In this document: piece after piece, positions 1 to 13,799 of the stretch | How the letters are laid out: each line of letters starts with the position of its first letter | Position numbering within the stretch: position 1 is the first letter of the stretch | Source: Octopus vulgaris | Taxonomy: Eukaryota | Reading direction: 5' to 3' | Assembly (NCBI GenBank): GCA_951406725.2 | Contig: OX597831.1 | Location: 60,884,001-60,948,000 of the forward strand | DNA: 64,000 nucleotides | Notes under the pieces: generated by a model | Seen by the model: only the letters and a program-made list of their open reading frames with translations | Databases searched by the model: none | What the model was told of the DNA's origin: nothing | Made by a program: the position numbers and the translations under genes

Positions 1-41
<41 letters not shown>

Positions 42-44
<3 letters not shown>

Positions 45-299
45 TTATATGTATTTGTGAAGGGAACCAACTTCTCATCGACTACTATGATTGTCACACG
101 CCGATGACGGGTCAATACCCTGAAACTCGAGTCCGTGTGTATCATAAGTTGAAGACGGGAAGGATGGCTTTCCTTTGCGAATACTGATAGGGCACAGAAA
201 GTGTGTCTATAGCCAGATGGAGGAGGTGTCCTCCTGGGGCTACAAACTACAGTAGCATTCACCCTTAGGGGTTAGCCATATTCAAATGGCAAATATACG

Positions 300-304
<5 letters not shown>
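42..304 (+). mobile_element. Short (TA)n-flanked element, probably a Penelope-like pLTR/retrozyme-like remnant
   Basis: GC-richer ~260 bp island between (TA)n tracts at 1-41 and 305-330; contains the hammerhead. Confidence 0.55.
86..146 (+). ncRNA. Minimal type I hammerhead ribozyme (CCGAUGA core variant) in a (TA)n-flanked element
   Basis: cacacg(95-100)-ccgatga-c-gggt/caat/accc-t-gaaa-ctcgag-tc-cgtgtg(134-139). Stem I, stem II, GAAA, palindromic stem III and a GUC cleavage triplet are present; stem I extends via tatgat(86-91)/atcata(141-146). Confidence 0.75.
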
Positions 305-331
<27 letters not shown>

Positions 332-1297
332 GATAGATAGATAGATATAGATATATGTATGTATACATATATATGTGTGTATATATATATATATATGATT
401 ATTTATTTAGATGCGTATCAGATTAACACTGGAAACACATTCAAAAACAAGAGTAAGAGTGTAATATAAACGGTTTCTCGTCAGCCTGTATCATTACTAT
501 TAAAAATTTAATTCTAAAAATGAAATTGCTTTCCTTCTTTTTCGAACATTTAATTTTTGAAGAAAATTTTTGATGAAGTGTAGCCACATTGGTTTTCGGA
601 ATTGTGGGTCACCTCTTGAAATTTTGTAAACAGGAAAGATTTTGAACTTTCCTCCACCGCATGTTACTAGATGCCAGCTCACTGCAATCTTGCGAAATTC
701 CGCTTGTAGGATTTATCTATCTATTTATCTATCTATCTGTCAATGTATCTATCTAGTTATCTATATATCTACACATCACGCTGCCCCTTCCTACTTCCCT
801 TCCAAACCCACAACCGATTTTCTGCCCACCACTGGGTCGATTTCCTGTTCACTATGTTATTTGTTCCGATTAATTGTTGTCGATGAAATACCAATATCAA
901 ACTGTTACACCGCGTGACCTTTCTCGATCAATCGCAAAACACTCCTGTATATAACAATTGACTTTCTCCAACTGATCTCTTACTCAAATTTCCAATGGTT
1001 GCGCTTTGAAACTTTCCCCATCCTTTATTATTTTTCTCCTCTTTCTATTTGCCCCACTTTGCTTTTCGTCCTCTCTCTCTCTCCCCGCTTTACACAGAAA
1101 ACAACAACTATATTCTCCTCTTCCAAACAAAGCAAAATAGCATCCGATTCATAGGAATGAACAGCAAAACGTTCTCTTTCCACCATTTTAATTTTGATTT
1201 CGTCGTGATGAGTTCGATAAATGAAGGAAAGCGCTATTAAAGAATTATTCAAATTTCTGACTGCCTTTTACTCTCTATCTCTTTCTGTCTCTCTCTG

Positions 1298-1331
<34 letters not shown>

Positions 1332-1516
1332 CCTTTTAGGCTCAAAATTTTAAGGATAGTTTGGACGTTGATTCTCGAGAAATTGGCTACAAATTATGGT
1401 GTTTGTTGTGATTTTGTTAAATTTTATATAATCGTATATATACATATATACATACATTCGCACACACATAGACACACACACACACACACAGACGTCCATA
1501 TATACATATATATATG

Positions 1517-1644
1517 TACACGAGTGGTGTATGAAAAGTCTTGAGCTTCAAAAGAACGAAACATGGCACAAGACTTCTGATGAAGGTGAAAGACTTCAAC
1601 GATCAAATGCCTTGAAGGCTCAAAACTTTTCATACCACCGTGTA
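1517..1644. mobile_element. (TA)n-flanked fold-back element with hammerhead-like remnant
   Basis: Imperfect ~33 bp inverted arms (1517-1551 / 1612-1644); ctgatga at 1577-1583 in the spacer. Confidence 0.5.
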
Positions 1645-1772
1645 TATATATATATATATGTTAGAAAAAGGATTCAAAGAAAAAAGAATACGCGTGGTAT
1701 AATTAGGGAAAAATAAAAAGAAACAAATAAAATGCACACCAAGCATAAAAGTAATAACCTTTTTTACTTGTC

Positions 1773-1807
<35 letters not shown>

Positions 1808-1933
1808 AAAATAAGCAACAAGGATATCCTTGTGGAATATTTTGATTATTTTGATTTTAATCACCTTATTTTGAAATTGTATGGATAATACCGCACCAAA
1901 TTCTGGTGCCTGAACTTTAGTACCATATTCATC

Positions 1934-1971
<38 letters not shown>

Positions 1972-3544
1972 GAGAGAAAGAGAGAGAGAGGGGGGAGGGG
2001 TAAGTATATAGGCAGAGAGAAAGAGAAGGACAGAGACAGACAGATAGATAGAAAATATCTCATAAATGCCTTAATGATGAAAATAATCTAAGTAGAATTT
2101 GAACTCAGTAACTGAATATTTCACGGAAATATATTGGCTAGTCAACTTCTAGGATATTTAATATAATTATTAGTAGTTATGGAACATCAAAACTGCCGTT
2201 GCTTGGACGGGCGGGGGATATGTTTTACTGACAATGCAATAGTAATTGGTAATTACCGCCAAGTTGTTCCTCCAATCTAAGTACAACTAGGACAGGAAAA
2301 TCAATGTTGTACGTGTGTGTGTGCCTATTGGATTATGAAGAAGTCATTTTGATTTAGGTGTGTATAGGTTTCTTTTAATGGATATTTATCTGTTAAGGAG
2401 TTTCGTATGTCGTACATAATGTGCTGAATTAGAGAAAACAATCGTATGTTTGAATTGGAAAGAAATCTACACAATAAACGTAGCTCTGAATTGATCTGTT
2501 CATACTTGAAATGAAATATCTAAATTCTAAATTCATTGAAGTTTATATTTAAATTTGTTTTCCTGTATTCTGCACCTAATCAACTCTGTACATAGGAATA
2601 CAGGACAGATGTTTAATGAAGATATCAGACTTTGAAATAGAGCGTATTCATTCCTTTGTTGTTGTTTCTTTCATCCATTCTTATTCCTATAGAATTTTAT
2701 TTACTTCTATACAAATTATATAATTTTCACTCTTGAATGTTCACTGCCAATAGAATGCCGTTCTAACCTATTGAAAATTCCTTCCTTATGATACTGATGA
2801 AATTAATTCACATCTAATCATTAAGTTGATGAACGATATAGATTTGAATATAATACAATAGTTTTGATGTGGTTGTTAGAACTTTTTAAAAAAACTTTCA
2901 TTTCATTATAATTTAAAATTCACCAAAGAGAACAGCACGATTGGTTAGTTTTGGAAATGTGATGTATCAGATCAAGAGGTCTACCTGTTAGAAAATATAT
3001 GATACTCTAGTTTTTGGCTTCCAGCATAATAATCTTTGTTCATGTATGAGCAGTGATTTAGCAGAGGCAGCGATTTCACGAACTGAATTCTTAATGTTAT
3101 TAAAGTATTTTAATGAAATGATAGAATGTTTCGGGTGCCAGAGAAGGAGCCTAGTTTTATATCTGTTGTATATTCCGGTTTTTAACATTCTATATTCACT
3201 TACCATCGATGTCAGCATTGCCTTTCGTATTATCGAGATACATCAAAATTGTACTGTCTGGGTGGGTTGGTCCGATCGAACAAATTCCAAAATATAATCG
3301 TCTCCACGCAAGTATTTTTTTTTATTTACCAACGCCTATTCCCCATAGGAGGGAGTATCCACAACAAAACACACACCGTGCATTCCATTCATTTACCAGC
3401 ACAAAGAGGCGAGCCCCATCGTGTCAAAGCATACAAAACAACCCCCGATATCAGCATCAGGTCCCAACAGCATATGCTGGTGTACCCTCGCCGCATCATA
3501 TGGCACCGTGCCCCTTTGAGCTATATCAATTAACTCATCGCTTC

Positions 3545-3585
3545 ACAAACACTCACCAAGCATTCCTATCGTTAATAAACTTCCT

Positions 3586-3638
<53 letters not shown>

Positions 3639-4525
3639 CAACTCTAGCCACCAAAACTTTTCTCACTCCGTCCATCCACACAAACTGAGGTCTGCCTCTG
3701 ATTCTGGTGCCTATCACTTCTGCTGTTAACATACTCCTTACCATCCGCTATTCCTCCATCCTATCCATATGGCCATACCACCACAACATTTGTCTATCCA
3801 TTCTAGTACATAGATTTTCTCTCATTCCTGCTCACTTTTGCACCTCCTCATTCCTCACCCTGTCTATCCGTGTCACACCAACCATAGTGCCCTCAAACAT
3901 TTCATCTCAAACACATCTAGTCGCCTCCTTTCCGCCTCTCTCAGACTCACGCACACTCACGCCCTCATACACACCTCTTTTCGCTTTAACCATTTATCTC
4001 TCAGCATAGCTTTCACAATTCCAGGAATCTTACACCCCTCCATCACGCTATATCGCACCTCCTCAGCCAATCACCCATCCTCCGTCACGTGTGATCGCAG
4101 ATACTTTAAATCACCTCCTCTAATATCTCACCAGTCACACTCACATTCACCCTATCAGCAATTCCATCTCTCGAAACATTCATCGCCTTACTCTTAGCTA
4201 CATTTACTTTCAGTTTCCTCCACTCACTCATTCTTCTAAACTCTACCTCAGTTGCTCTTCCGAATCTGCCATAAATTACTGTATCATCAGCAAACAACTG
4301 ACTCACCTGCAATTTCTCTCCATTTTCTTCCACCACTTGGGCTCCCTACCAAAAGTTCTAGCATTTACCTCTCTCAATAAACCATCCATATATAAATTAA
4401 ACAGCCACGGAACATCACACAAACCCTGTCTTAACCTCACCGTCGCATCAGACCATTCAGTTACTTCACTACTCACCCTGACGCACACCCTACTATAGAA
4501 ACTCTGTACAGCTCTCAACAATCCC
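3545..4525 (-). pseudogene. RTE-clade LINE reverse transcriptase fragment (frameshifted), interrupted by (CT)n
   Basis: LRQG..PWLFNLYMD, LFADDTV, KLKVNVAKSKAM and RGRPQFVWMD motifs across ORFs 4303-4521, 4106-4336 and 3553-3744. Confidence 0.85.
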
Positions 4526-7500
4526 TTCGACAGCGGCTGATATATAAAAACGGTCGCTGAATATGACTCACCTGTTATATCATAAAAATAAACTTTAAGT
4601 TCAAAGGAATACAGAGTTGATTAGTAATAAATTTATAATCTTTGAGATTCATGATTGAACACTGCTGCGCTTTCACAGGTTGTTTCAGGATTACAGAAAC
4701 TAAATCTTTCTCTACTTCTAATGTAGACGCTACCCGTTGACGTGTAGAGATAAGTATAAGTTCTTATAATTTATCTTCATAAATCAGTTCAGCCGAGCAA
4801 GCATTTAAACATAGCCTGTCTCTATATATCGAGAAACACTTAATCCAATAAAGCCATCTTTTCATAAGGCGATAGGGTGTAATTTAAGGGTATATTGATG
4901 TTATTTCTAGCACAATGAACAATCGAATAGAAATTCCCGTTCGTTTTCAATAAGTTCAATTGATATACATAGCTCGATTAATCTACATATTTCTCTCTAT
5001 AGATTTTCGTTTTGTGCTTCAGACATTAAAAGAGAAAGGTTACATTAAGAACTGTGCTGTCTTTACTTATATTATGATTCGATATATTAGTATCAAATCA
5101 TTAATGTATTTAAAAGTGTGCGCACGTGTCTTTGCGTGTATCAGAGTGTGTATGTGCATGAACGAGTGCGTTTGGAGGAATCAATGAGCAGTTAGTAAAT
5201 GTGGAATATAATTGGACTTGTAAAGTTACTGCATTCAACATCATAATATGAAGGATTTATAGCAGGCAGCGCACTGCCGGTTTGCTTTAGGAAGTGCGAT
5301 GGCAGCGACGCTGAAAGTGGTGGCGAAATCTTTGGCTGTGCTTAAATCGAGTCCTACAAAACATGGACAGTAGTTACAAAGATCAAATATACAATTTCAT
5401 TAAATTATATTCAAAGCGACAAATTTGTAACAAGCAAAGAAACCTAACGAGGCATTATTGATAATTGCCGTTCAATCCCCTTGTTGAATTGGATCTACAA
5501 TAGCAAGAAGCATAATATAAAATTACTTCGGCGGAAATGCCATGAATAAATGTCATAAAACGCTCCCTGTATCGTGCGAAAGTAATGCTGTTATCGGTTT
5601 GAGTTGATGGTTGTCAGAAAAAGCATTAAATGAACTGCATAGTGCTACGCATTGGATGAGGAGAGAAAATTATAAACATTTAATCAAGGGAAAGTATTCC
5701 GTTTTCAATGATCAATTAATCATGTTCTAAGTTAAGTCCTTATAACATTATAGATATATCAGGTTTAAATTGCGATGTCCATTTAGTATTAAACCCGATT
5801 CACGTTGCTTTGATCTCAGCAAGTAGTAATGACAATAGTACAAAATGCATGATTAAGAGATTACGGACATGTAACCTCTCTTTCTTACTACCCATAATGG
5901 TAGAATGGGAAGTATTGAATTGGGATTTGGCTCTTACAGATATTTCATTTAATCCTTTACGGGTGGAGCTTCATATAAATAATAGCATCAACGAGTAACA
6001 GCTTGATGAAAAATGTTCTGGTTAACAATATGTTACATGCTGTTTACTATGAATCTTTGATTATGCATGTGCTGTTGAGCATTTTACGTTTCTAAAGTAT
6101 ATGACCACGTTGCTCGTTAATAAGCAATATACAACTGGGTGATTTCGAAGGTTTAACTTTGTACGAATACATTACGTTGGGTCGAAGTAATGAATGTGTC
6201 ACGTGAATTAATCAAAGTGTAAATGAATATATGTAAATGCCGTAGAGTTAACATGGTTGAGTGGTTTATTTAATAGACAACAGGCACAGAGCATAAGAGC
6301 TGGAATTCAATGCATGCATTCAGTTGTGTTTCTGATAATTTATTATACATAATATTGCTTACAGAAAGAAACAGCATCTGGTTCCCTGAGAGAAAGATCG
6401 AAAAGACCTAATCAACGATTGATTAGCCAATGACGGAGTAAGTGCGTCATCGGTTAAACTGAAAGAAACAATACTGAAGTGTTGCTTACGTAAAACTCTA
6501 ATCCCTTGGAAATTAGAAGGTTACATTATATTGTATAACCTTAAAAGTACTCTTCTTTAAAACAAAACAAGATGCTCGTGCTTGTAAAGAATTAGGTCAT
6601 TCATCTACTCAACCAGAGCTGATTAGGTTTTAGCAAACAGAACACTTTCGTCACAAAACATTCAGAGGTTTGATACAATACGTTATCGGTTAAGTAAACA
6701 TTTATATCAAAATTACATAGCTATGTGAATGGTGGTCACAGAAGTCGTGTTCTTTGTAATAGCATAAATAAAAAAAAATCTTTCCTTTCTCTTTTTGAAT
6801 TTATGACACTTACGTCGCGAGGAGAAAGAAATCCATTAACGAGGATCAGCAGAACAATGCGACGAATAATTTCATAATTTTTATATACCTTCCTTGGATT
6901 TATATCTTCTTTAGCGCTGCAATGAGAATTAAATGTTCCACTGTAAGCTAAAGCAATATATGTCTATTAATAATTTATTTATACATTAATCTTTCTGTGT
7001 CTGTCTGTCTGTCTCTGTCTCTGTCTGTCTCTGTCTCTGTCTCTCTCTGTCTGTCTCTCTCTCTCTGTCTCTACTGCTGTAATAAGTCTACGCCCAATAG
7101 TGTATATTAACAGCAAAATACAAGGTCAAAGAAAAGTAAGAATCTTTTCTCTTCGTACCGTTCAGTACCAGCAACAAATCAAATATTCCTATGCAGTGTA
7201 AAAAAATATCTTTAACCCCCTAAATTCTTTCTGACATTTAAACTGATTTGAAGAACTTCACTAATTCAACAACATTATTTCTAAATGTCTATAATCTCCT
7301 AATAACAATTCATTCGAATCTTTCCAGTAGAAATGCAGTCCTTTAAGGAACAAATAACTCACGCTTGCATAAATGTGATGCCTTATGCATTTCTCTTACT
7401 TTATGTATCATACTTACAAAAATGCGTGATCGTAAGTAAGGGGAAATATTGAAGCATCAAATATATGTTGCAGTGTTTGGTTCTAACTCCAACTTATTTG

Positions 7501-7719
7501 AATCTTCCATCCGAAAGGGAGTTAATCCAGGAATGTACCAGCCCATTACTCATTTTTACATTGTCTAATGGACAACGTAATAAATACATGACGAATACTA
7601 GAAATCAACAATAAGAAAAGGTGATAGTTATCACTGTTCATAGTCATGCTTTGGCCAGATTTATCAGTCCGGCTTCTAGAGTTTTATTTTTTTACATTTC
7701 GCTTATATTGATTTCATAT

Positions 7720-7890
7720 TTTGGCAGTAGGCCAGAAAGTTCGAGAAAGGAGATAAATTGATTACATCGATCACAGTGATCAACTGGTATTTATTTTATC
7801 GACTCCGAAAGAATGGAGGGCCAAATTGAACTCGGCGAAATTTGAACTCAGAACGTAAAGACGAAATACCGCCGAACACTTTTCCGTCTT
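7720..7890 (-). mobile_element. Degenerate copy of SINE family B
   Basis: attttatcgactccgaaagaatgga...ctcggcgaaatttgaactcagaacgtaaagacgaaatacc matches the copies at 16.9, 35.2 and 41.9 kb. Confidence 0.65.
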
Positions 7891-9859
7891 ATATTTCACT
7901 TGTATTATGCATATTTGTGAAAAGAAAAAAAACTCAAACGAATTGGTGAAATTCAATCCTGTAATGGATCTTGTAATGACATAAATTTCTAATGACGAAT
8001 ATGGCGAAATACAATGAAAATATCAGCAATGTCGAAATCTCGTAATAAGTTTTATATCTGTCAATGCTTAATCACCCGATATTAGGTGATGCATCATCGT
8101 TGATTTCATGTACGACACATCATCTAGTATAGATTTATATTTTATGCAGGAAATAAGGCGATGTGCTGTTAAAATCGTAAGCATACTGGGCAAAATGCTT
8201 AGCGACATTTTGTCCGCCACTTTACATTCTGACTTCAAAATCTGCCGAGGTTTACTTTGCCTTTCATCCTTTCAGGTCCATAAAATAATTTCTAGCTGAC
8301 AACTGCGGTCGATATAATTGATTTACGCCCTTTCTCGACATTACTGACCTTTTGTCAAATTTTGAAACCAATATTTTATGCAGGAAATTATAGCCACACC
8401 CCTGGGCTCATAAGAGAACAAAATGAGGCTTATTTAAAAATCTGAGGATTTATGCACAAGATGCCCTAATCATATTATGTCTGTGAATCTTCACAATTAT
8501 GGAAAAAGTGTCTAACGACATAGAAATAATGGTTCATCGAGTTGAACTGCTAAGTTAGTACAAACGATGTACGGACATGGAATTAACTATTATGTTCCGC
8601 CATTTCTACTAACAACATAACATTTTAAAATATGTGTTTCTTCGTTTCTCTCCCTAGGTCCACAATAGCTGGTTGCTTTCGGTACAGGGAGCATATTGCT
8701 GCGCTTGATACGAACACGAGAAGTTTGTATTTCTTATCCCTCATTTGATAGCAAAAGAAGATAGGGATTTATGAAAACAAATAAAGCTTTCTTCTTTCGT
8801 TTCCAAATACAGGATTGTATTTTATATTATTTTATATCATTTTGATTTTTATATCACTCATTCGGTATATTACACAACTAACAAACGTACATTTCATTCA
8901 AGTTTACATGGATAAATTTATTCATTGTAATAATTCCTTTTTACCAAAAGAAAAAAAAGTATAAAGATTTTCATATCAAACGAGGAATTTATCGTCTTAA
9001 ATCCTTTTTCAAAAAACAATAGAACCAAGGAAAGAGGAGGTAACATTTAAAAGTTTAGCAGTAAGTAGCAGTCTAACAGCATCTTTATGCAGTCGTTTAA
9101 AAGCATAAGTTTCCAACTCGAATGAGAGAAGATTATAAAAGAAAATTATAAACATGCACAATGAAAAGCTGTCGCTACAAAGGAATAATAAACAAAAGAC
9201 ATTATAACTGAAATTCCAATCCTATAAAGGCCTTTATATTTAACCAAGGATGTGGAAAACATAAAGAAAACATTAGTGGTATCAAAAGTCATATATTAAG
9301 TTTTGTATTCTCTTCATATATTGAGACATTTACAGAAAGTAACAGTTACAGGGAAGAAAACAAAACAAGTTCAGGTGGCATCAACCCATAACAATAGATT
9401 TACTGTAGCAAAAATTGTTATGCATAAATGTGATATGAAATGTTTCATTTTAAAATTCACAAAGTTTTTGAAGTTTCTGCTTTAGAATAATTAGAATCAT
9501 TGTTTACGTGATTTTAACGTGGAAATGTCTTTTTTTTTCATTAGATTACCAAATAACTGCATTGTAATGATGCGGTATACGATAATAACATAAATTAAGA
9601 ATGTACACTTTGGTCAACGAAAATTTCAATTCAAAGCAATTGATAAGATTGTTCGCATACGTTCATATACAGCATACAAAAATATATGTGCGCGGCATGT
9701 ATGTAAAGGAATATCAAAATATACATAATGTATATGCGCGTGTGTGTGAGAGTATCTTATGTATGCACATATATATATATACATATATATATATATAATA
9801 TAATTCGAGACAAAACCACTACTTTGCAAAACAAACAAGGAAAGACTTAATCATAAAAT

Positions 9860-9865
9860 GTTTTA

Positions 9866-9896
<31 letters not shown>

Positions 9897-9897
9897 C

Positions 9898-9930
<33 letters not shown>

Positions 9931-9970
9931 CGAACGCATGTTGTACATTATGTAAGTATTTATGTGTGTG

Positions 9971-10001
<31 letters not shown>

Positions 10002-10011
10002 ATATAAACAC

Positions 10012-10068
<57 letters not shown>

Positions 10069-10304
10069 GGAGAGATAGATAAATAGATAGATAGGTAGGT
10101 AGATCGATAGATAGATATATATATATAGATAGATATATAGATAAATAGATAGGTAGATAGATAGATAGATACATACATACATACATATATGCATACATAC
10201 ATACATACATATATACATACATACATACATACATACATACATACATACATACATACATACATACATACATACATACATACATACATACATACATACATAC
10301 ATAC
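9860..10304. repeat. Compound microsatellite (TA)n/(GA)n/(GATA)n/(CATA)n
   Basis: Direct inspection. Confidence 0.95.
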
Positions 10305-10539
10305 TGTAATGACGAACAGTAGAATGTGTGCTCAAAACTGCATTGGGGAATTAGTATTCTTTCTTTGCAGGTTAACAAAGCTACCAACGTTTTCATATAT
10401 AAAATGACATCACAGCAATTATCAAAGCTGCTATATTGTAACGATCGTATTCGTCTCCATGTTGATATAATTGTTAAGAGATTTATCTCTACATGAAACG
10501 GTTGGAAGCCTTGTTGATCCACAAATAATTATGCGTGTG

Positions 10540-10922
10540 TTTGTCTCTATGTTCACATGCAATGTCTGTGCAAGACCCTGCCTCAGTAAAGCTGGACTCA
10601 AGAGTCATCTCGCGTAGTCATAAAGCGAGACAGATGAGTGACAACCTGGCCACTGGTGGTGGTGTAACACACCATACTAATCATATCTGTCGAGCATGTG
10701 GAAGAGAATGTAATTCGCCGGGATGAATTAAACGACATGCAAAGGTACATGAAGCCCAGTTACAACAACAGCCGGCTATTACCAGTAAAGGTTTTAGTAG
10801 TCAATTCTGTACAAGACATTGTAGATCTTTAGCTGGGCTAAAAAGTCACATTCGATCACAGCACCAGTAATATTTAAGCTTCGTGCAATGGCCATATTCG
10901 ATAACGAGGGGCAGTCATAACA
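10540..10922 (+). pseudogene. Two degenerate C2H2 zinc fingers, probably the 3' end of an RTE-like LINE
   Basis: HICRACGRECNSPG*IKRHAKVH and FCTRHCRSLAGLKSHIRSQHQ* in one frame with an internal stop; short 3' tail runs into (TA)n. Confidence 0.55.
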
Positions 10923-11403
10923 TATATATATATACATACTGTGTAGAAAATACTAGTTCCAAGACGGCATCTGTCTGGATTCCGACACTGTTGACAGCCC
11001 AGAGCTATATTTTCGAATATATACCCTGCCGAGAGCTGAAATGCATTTCCTACAAGATGAAGAAAATTTACATTGATACCTCGTTGAATATAAGGATGTA
11101 TAATGTAAGAACACAGCGGGGATACGGGTTTAGAGAAGCGCCACTCTGACATCTAAAATTGCAAATATTACGAACGTTTTCACTTTGAACATATATGCAT
11201 ACTGGATTTGTAAACAGAGTTGGTACAGAAATGATTGTAACAAATAAGTAAATATGTGTTAAAGTATTTCGTTGTCTTCTTATTGGGATTATATGTGTGC
11301 GTGCGCGTGTATGTATGTATGTATGTATGTATGTATGTATGTATGTATGTATGTATGTATGTTTTCATGTATGTATACATAGATATGTCAGGTAGATTTT
11401 TGC

Positions 11404-11437
<34 letters not shown>

Positions 11438-11760
11438 GTTTCTTTATTAGCCAATCAGGGCTGGACACAGATGGGACAAATTACAAAGTAGAGCTTTTCT
11501 TTTTAGGGATAAAAAAAGTGGGGTAGGTTTTCGATCAAAAGGGATCGTAGAAAGGACAAAAAAGAAAAAGAAAGGAAAAAAGAAGAGCAGAAACGATGAA
11601 TAGGGATCGTGTATCACAGAAATGTCATGATGTAAAGTGTAAAGGGGGAAGCAGATAAGGATTATCCATGGAAAGAAAAACCTACGGAAACGACCACGGT
11701 AACCTCGGACATTAATGTCACATGTTAACACATTTATTTCAAGTAACTCTCTGTTTTAAG
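11438..11760 (-). mobile_element. 3' UTR fragment of an L1/Tx1-like LINE
   Basis: tttctttattagccaatcagggctggacacagatgggacaaa resembles the 3' end at 47440. Confidence 0.4.
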
Positions 11761-12299
11761 GAATTTTAATCGATAACACCAAACAACCGCTGCCTTCACA
11801 AAACAGGAAATTTAAAATCCGTATATACTAATCAGCTTGTGTATAGAGTAATGAACATCTAAAAATACGGCCTTTACTCACGTACCTTTCTGAACATCAA
11901 AGCACTGGAAAAATAATTTTCTATACTATCACAGTCAAGACTTGCCCGACTAATATCACCAATCTCACAAACGAAAACTGGAAATACTTTATATAACAAC
12001 AATGACAGAATCAACCTAAACTTATCTCCGAATTATCTAGTCGTAGAGAAAAATCGACTACAAATTAACGTTAATAATGCATTCTATTTCTGCACATGAT
12101 TATCGCATAATCTTTCCAGACGTACAGTACATACTTAACTGAGCATGTTAAATGAAGCAGATGCTTCACGGCCAATTTCTGAATTTCACTTTCGAGACAA
12201 TATCTGTTTCAGTCTATAAAATTTCTATGGGGCTTTTTAAATTGAGCGTAAGTCTGGAGGAATTTAGTGCTTGTTAATTTCTTGGATAATCTCTATACT

Positions 12300-12686
12300 T
12301 ACTTTTATTTTTTACATTGTTTCAGTCATGTGACTGTGGCCATGCTGGAGCACCGCCTTTAGTCGAGCAAATCACCCCTAGGACTTATTCTTTGTAAGCC
12401 TAGTACTTACTCTACCGGTCTCTTTTGCCGAACTGCTAAGTTACGGGGACGTAAACACACAGCATCGGTTGTCAACCGATGTTGGGGGGACAAACGCAGA
12501 CACACAGACATATACATACATACATATATATATATATACATATATACGACGGGCTTCTTTCAGTTTCTTTCTATCAAATCCTCTCACAAAGCTTTGGTCG
12601 GCCCGAGACTATAGTAGAAGACACTTGCCCAAGGTGCCACGCTGTGGGACTGAATCCGAACTTACAACACAGCCACTCCTACGCCT
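12300..12686 (-). mobile_element. SINE family A (tRNA head, CORE-like ccttgggcaagtg box, internal microsatellite)
   Basis: High similarity to the copies at 19.0, 24.4, 53.0 and 55.4 kb. Confidence 0.85.
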
Positions 12687-13489
12687 CTATGGATAGAAGT
12701 CTACAATTTCTATTTGTATTATATATGTAATATCTCCTTGTTCTAACTTAGCAGGAATTTTGAGTCTCCTGAAGCAAATTACCTTTCTTCATAAGATTCA
12801 GGATTTATGAAATTTTTTACATAGTTTTAATAAATTTAGAAATCTTCAGATAATTCTGGAGAGGAGAAAAAGGGTCGATACCTTTTATTCAAGTATCAGA
12901 TGAACAGACTTCTGTTACATGAGGATACTTGTTTTAACATTCTTCAGATTGGCAAGTGTACGACTACATGTGCGGCAATGTGCTGCGTAATATAAACATA
13001 CTCATTTGCTTTTATAGTGGACGTCTTACAATCATTAATTAGGCGAGAAACATTCAGTGTGTTTATGCTGATGAATGATCTGCTCCTGAAATTGTACGAA
13101 TATTTCCACTCTGTGTTGCTTTAACACAGTTTGAAGCGCTTTAATTAGGAACGCGTGTTGATAAAATGAGCTTTTATAAAGTGAGGAATGCAACGGAGCA
13201 TAGGAAGCGTTAGGGCTATATTCACTTTCATGGCATTCTCAGATTGCTTAAAATTTGCCATCAAGTATTGTCTTTAAATAATAGCTGGTCTCGAAACATT
13301 TAACGGAGAGATTATGCGAGATTAAATACAGTGGTTACATGGTGCAGTAGGATGTTCAGTGTGTTTCATTACTAAAGCAGCGGATCGATATTTAACTGAT
13401 GCAAGTACAATGGTACCGAGGTAGAAGTTGGGTGAAGATATCACGCAGCTAAATTGACCATGATTAATAGGCGTATATATATAATGAAT

Positions 13490-13799
13490 GGAGGCGCAAT
13501 GGCCCAGTGGTTAGGGCAGTGTACCCGCGGTTGTAGGATCGCGGTTTCGATTCCCAGACCGGGCGTTGTGAATGTTTATTGAGCAAAAACACCTAAAGCT
13601 CCACGAGACTCCGGCAGGCTGTGGTGGTGATCCCCGCTGTACTTTCACCACAACTTTCTCTCACTCTTTCTTCTGTTGGCCTGCTCGCTTAGCCAGTGGG
13701 GTGGTGTCCTTTTGAAGGCTAAAACAATGCGAAGCGCATTGTGACCAGCGATGTGTAACAACATCTGATAGTCTGGTCGGTCACGGTGATCACGGTGAT
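13490..13799 (+). mobile_element. SINE family C, tRNA-derived head, (TCACGGTGA)2 tail
   Basis: A box tggcccagtgg and B box ggtttcgattccc; 5' ~190 bp shared with 55689-56071; approximate TSD atataatgaat/atataataaat. Confidence 0.85.

Noticed and set aside
181-212. Second hammerhead-like string (ctgatag...gaaagtgtgtc)
   Set aside because: Core is wrong and there is no stem II or III; better explained as a simple hairpin
8658-8725. Exon after a strong-looking acceptor (tttctctccctag)
   Set aside because: No convincing donor or recognisable peptide
9847-10522. Long ORFs (YVCM/IYIY repeats); likewise 19464-19955, 21039-21363, 27244-27625, 40033-40598 and 60521-61036
   Set aside because: Stop-free frames created by microsatellites; no protein signal
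13490-13562. Possible tRNA gene
   Set aside because: Continues into a SINE body and recurs at 56.0 kb; it is a SINE head
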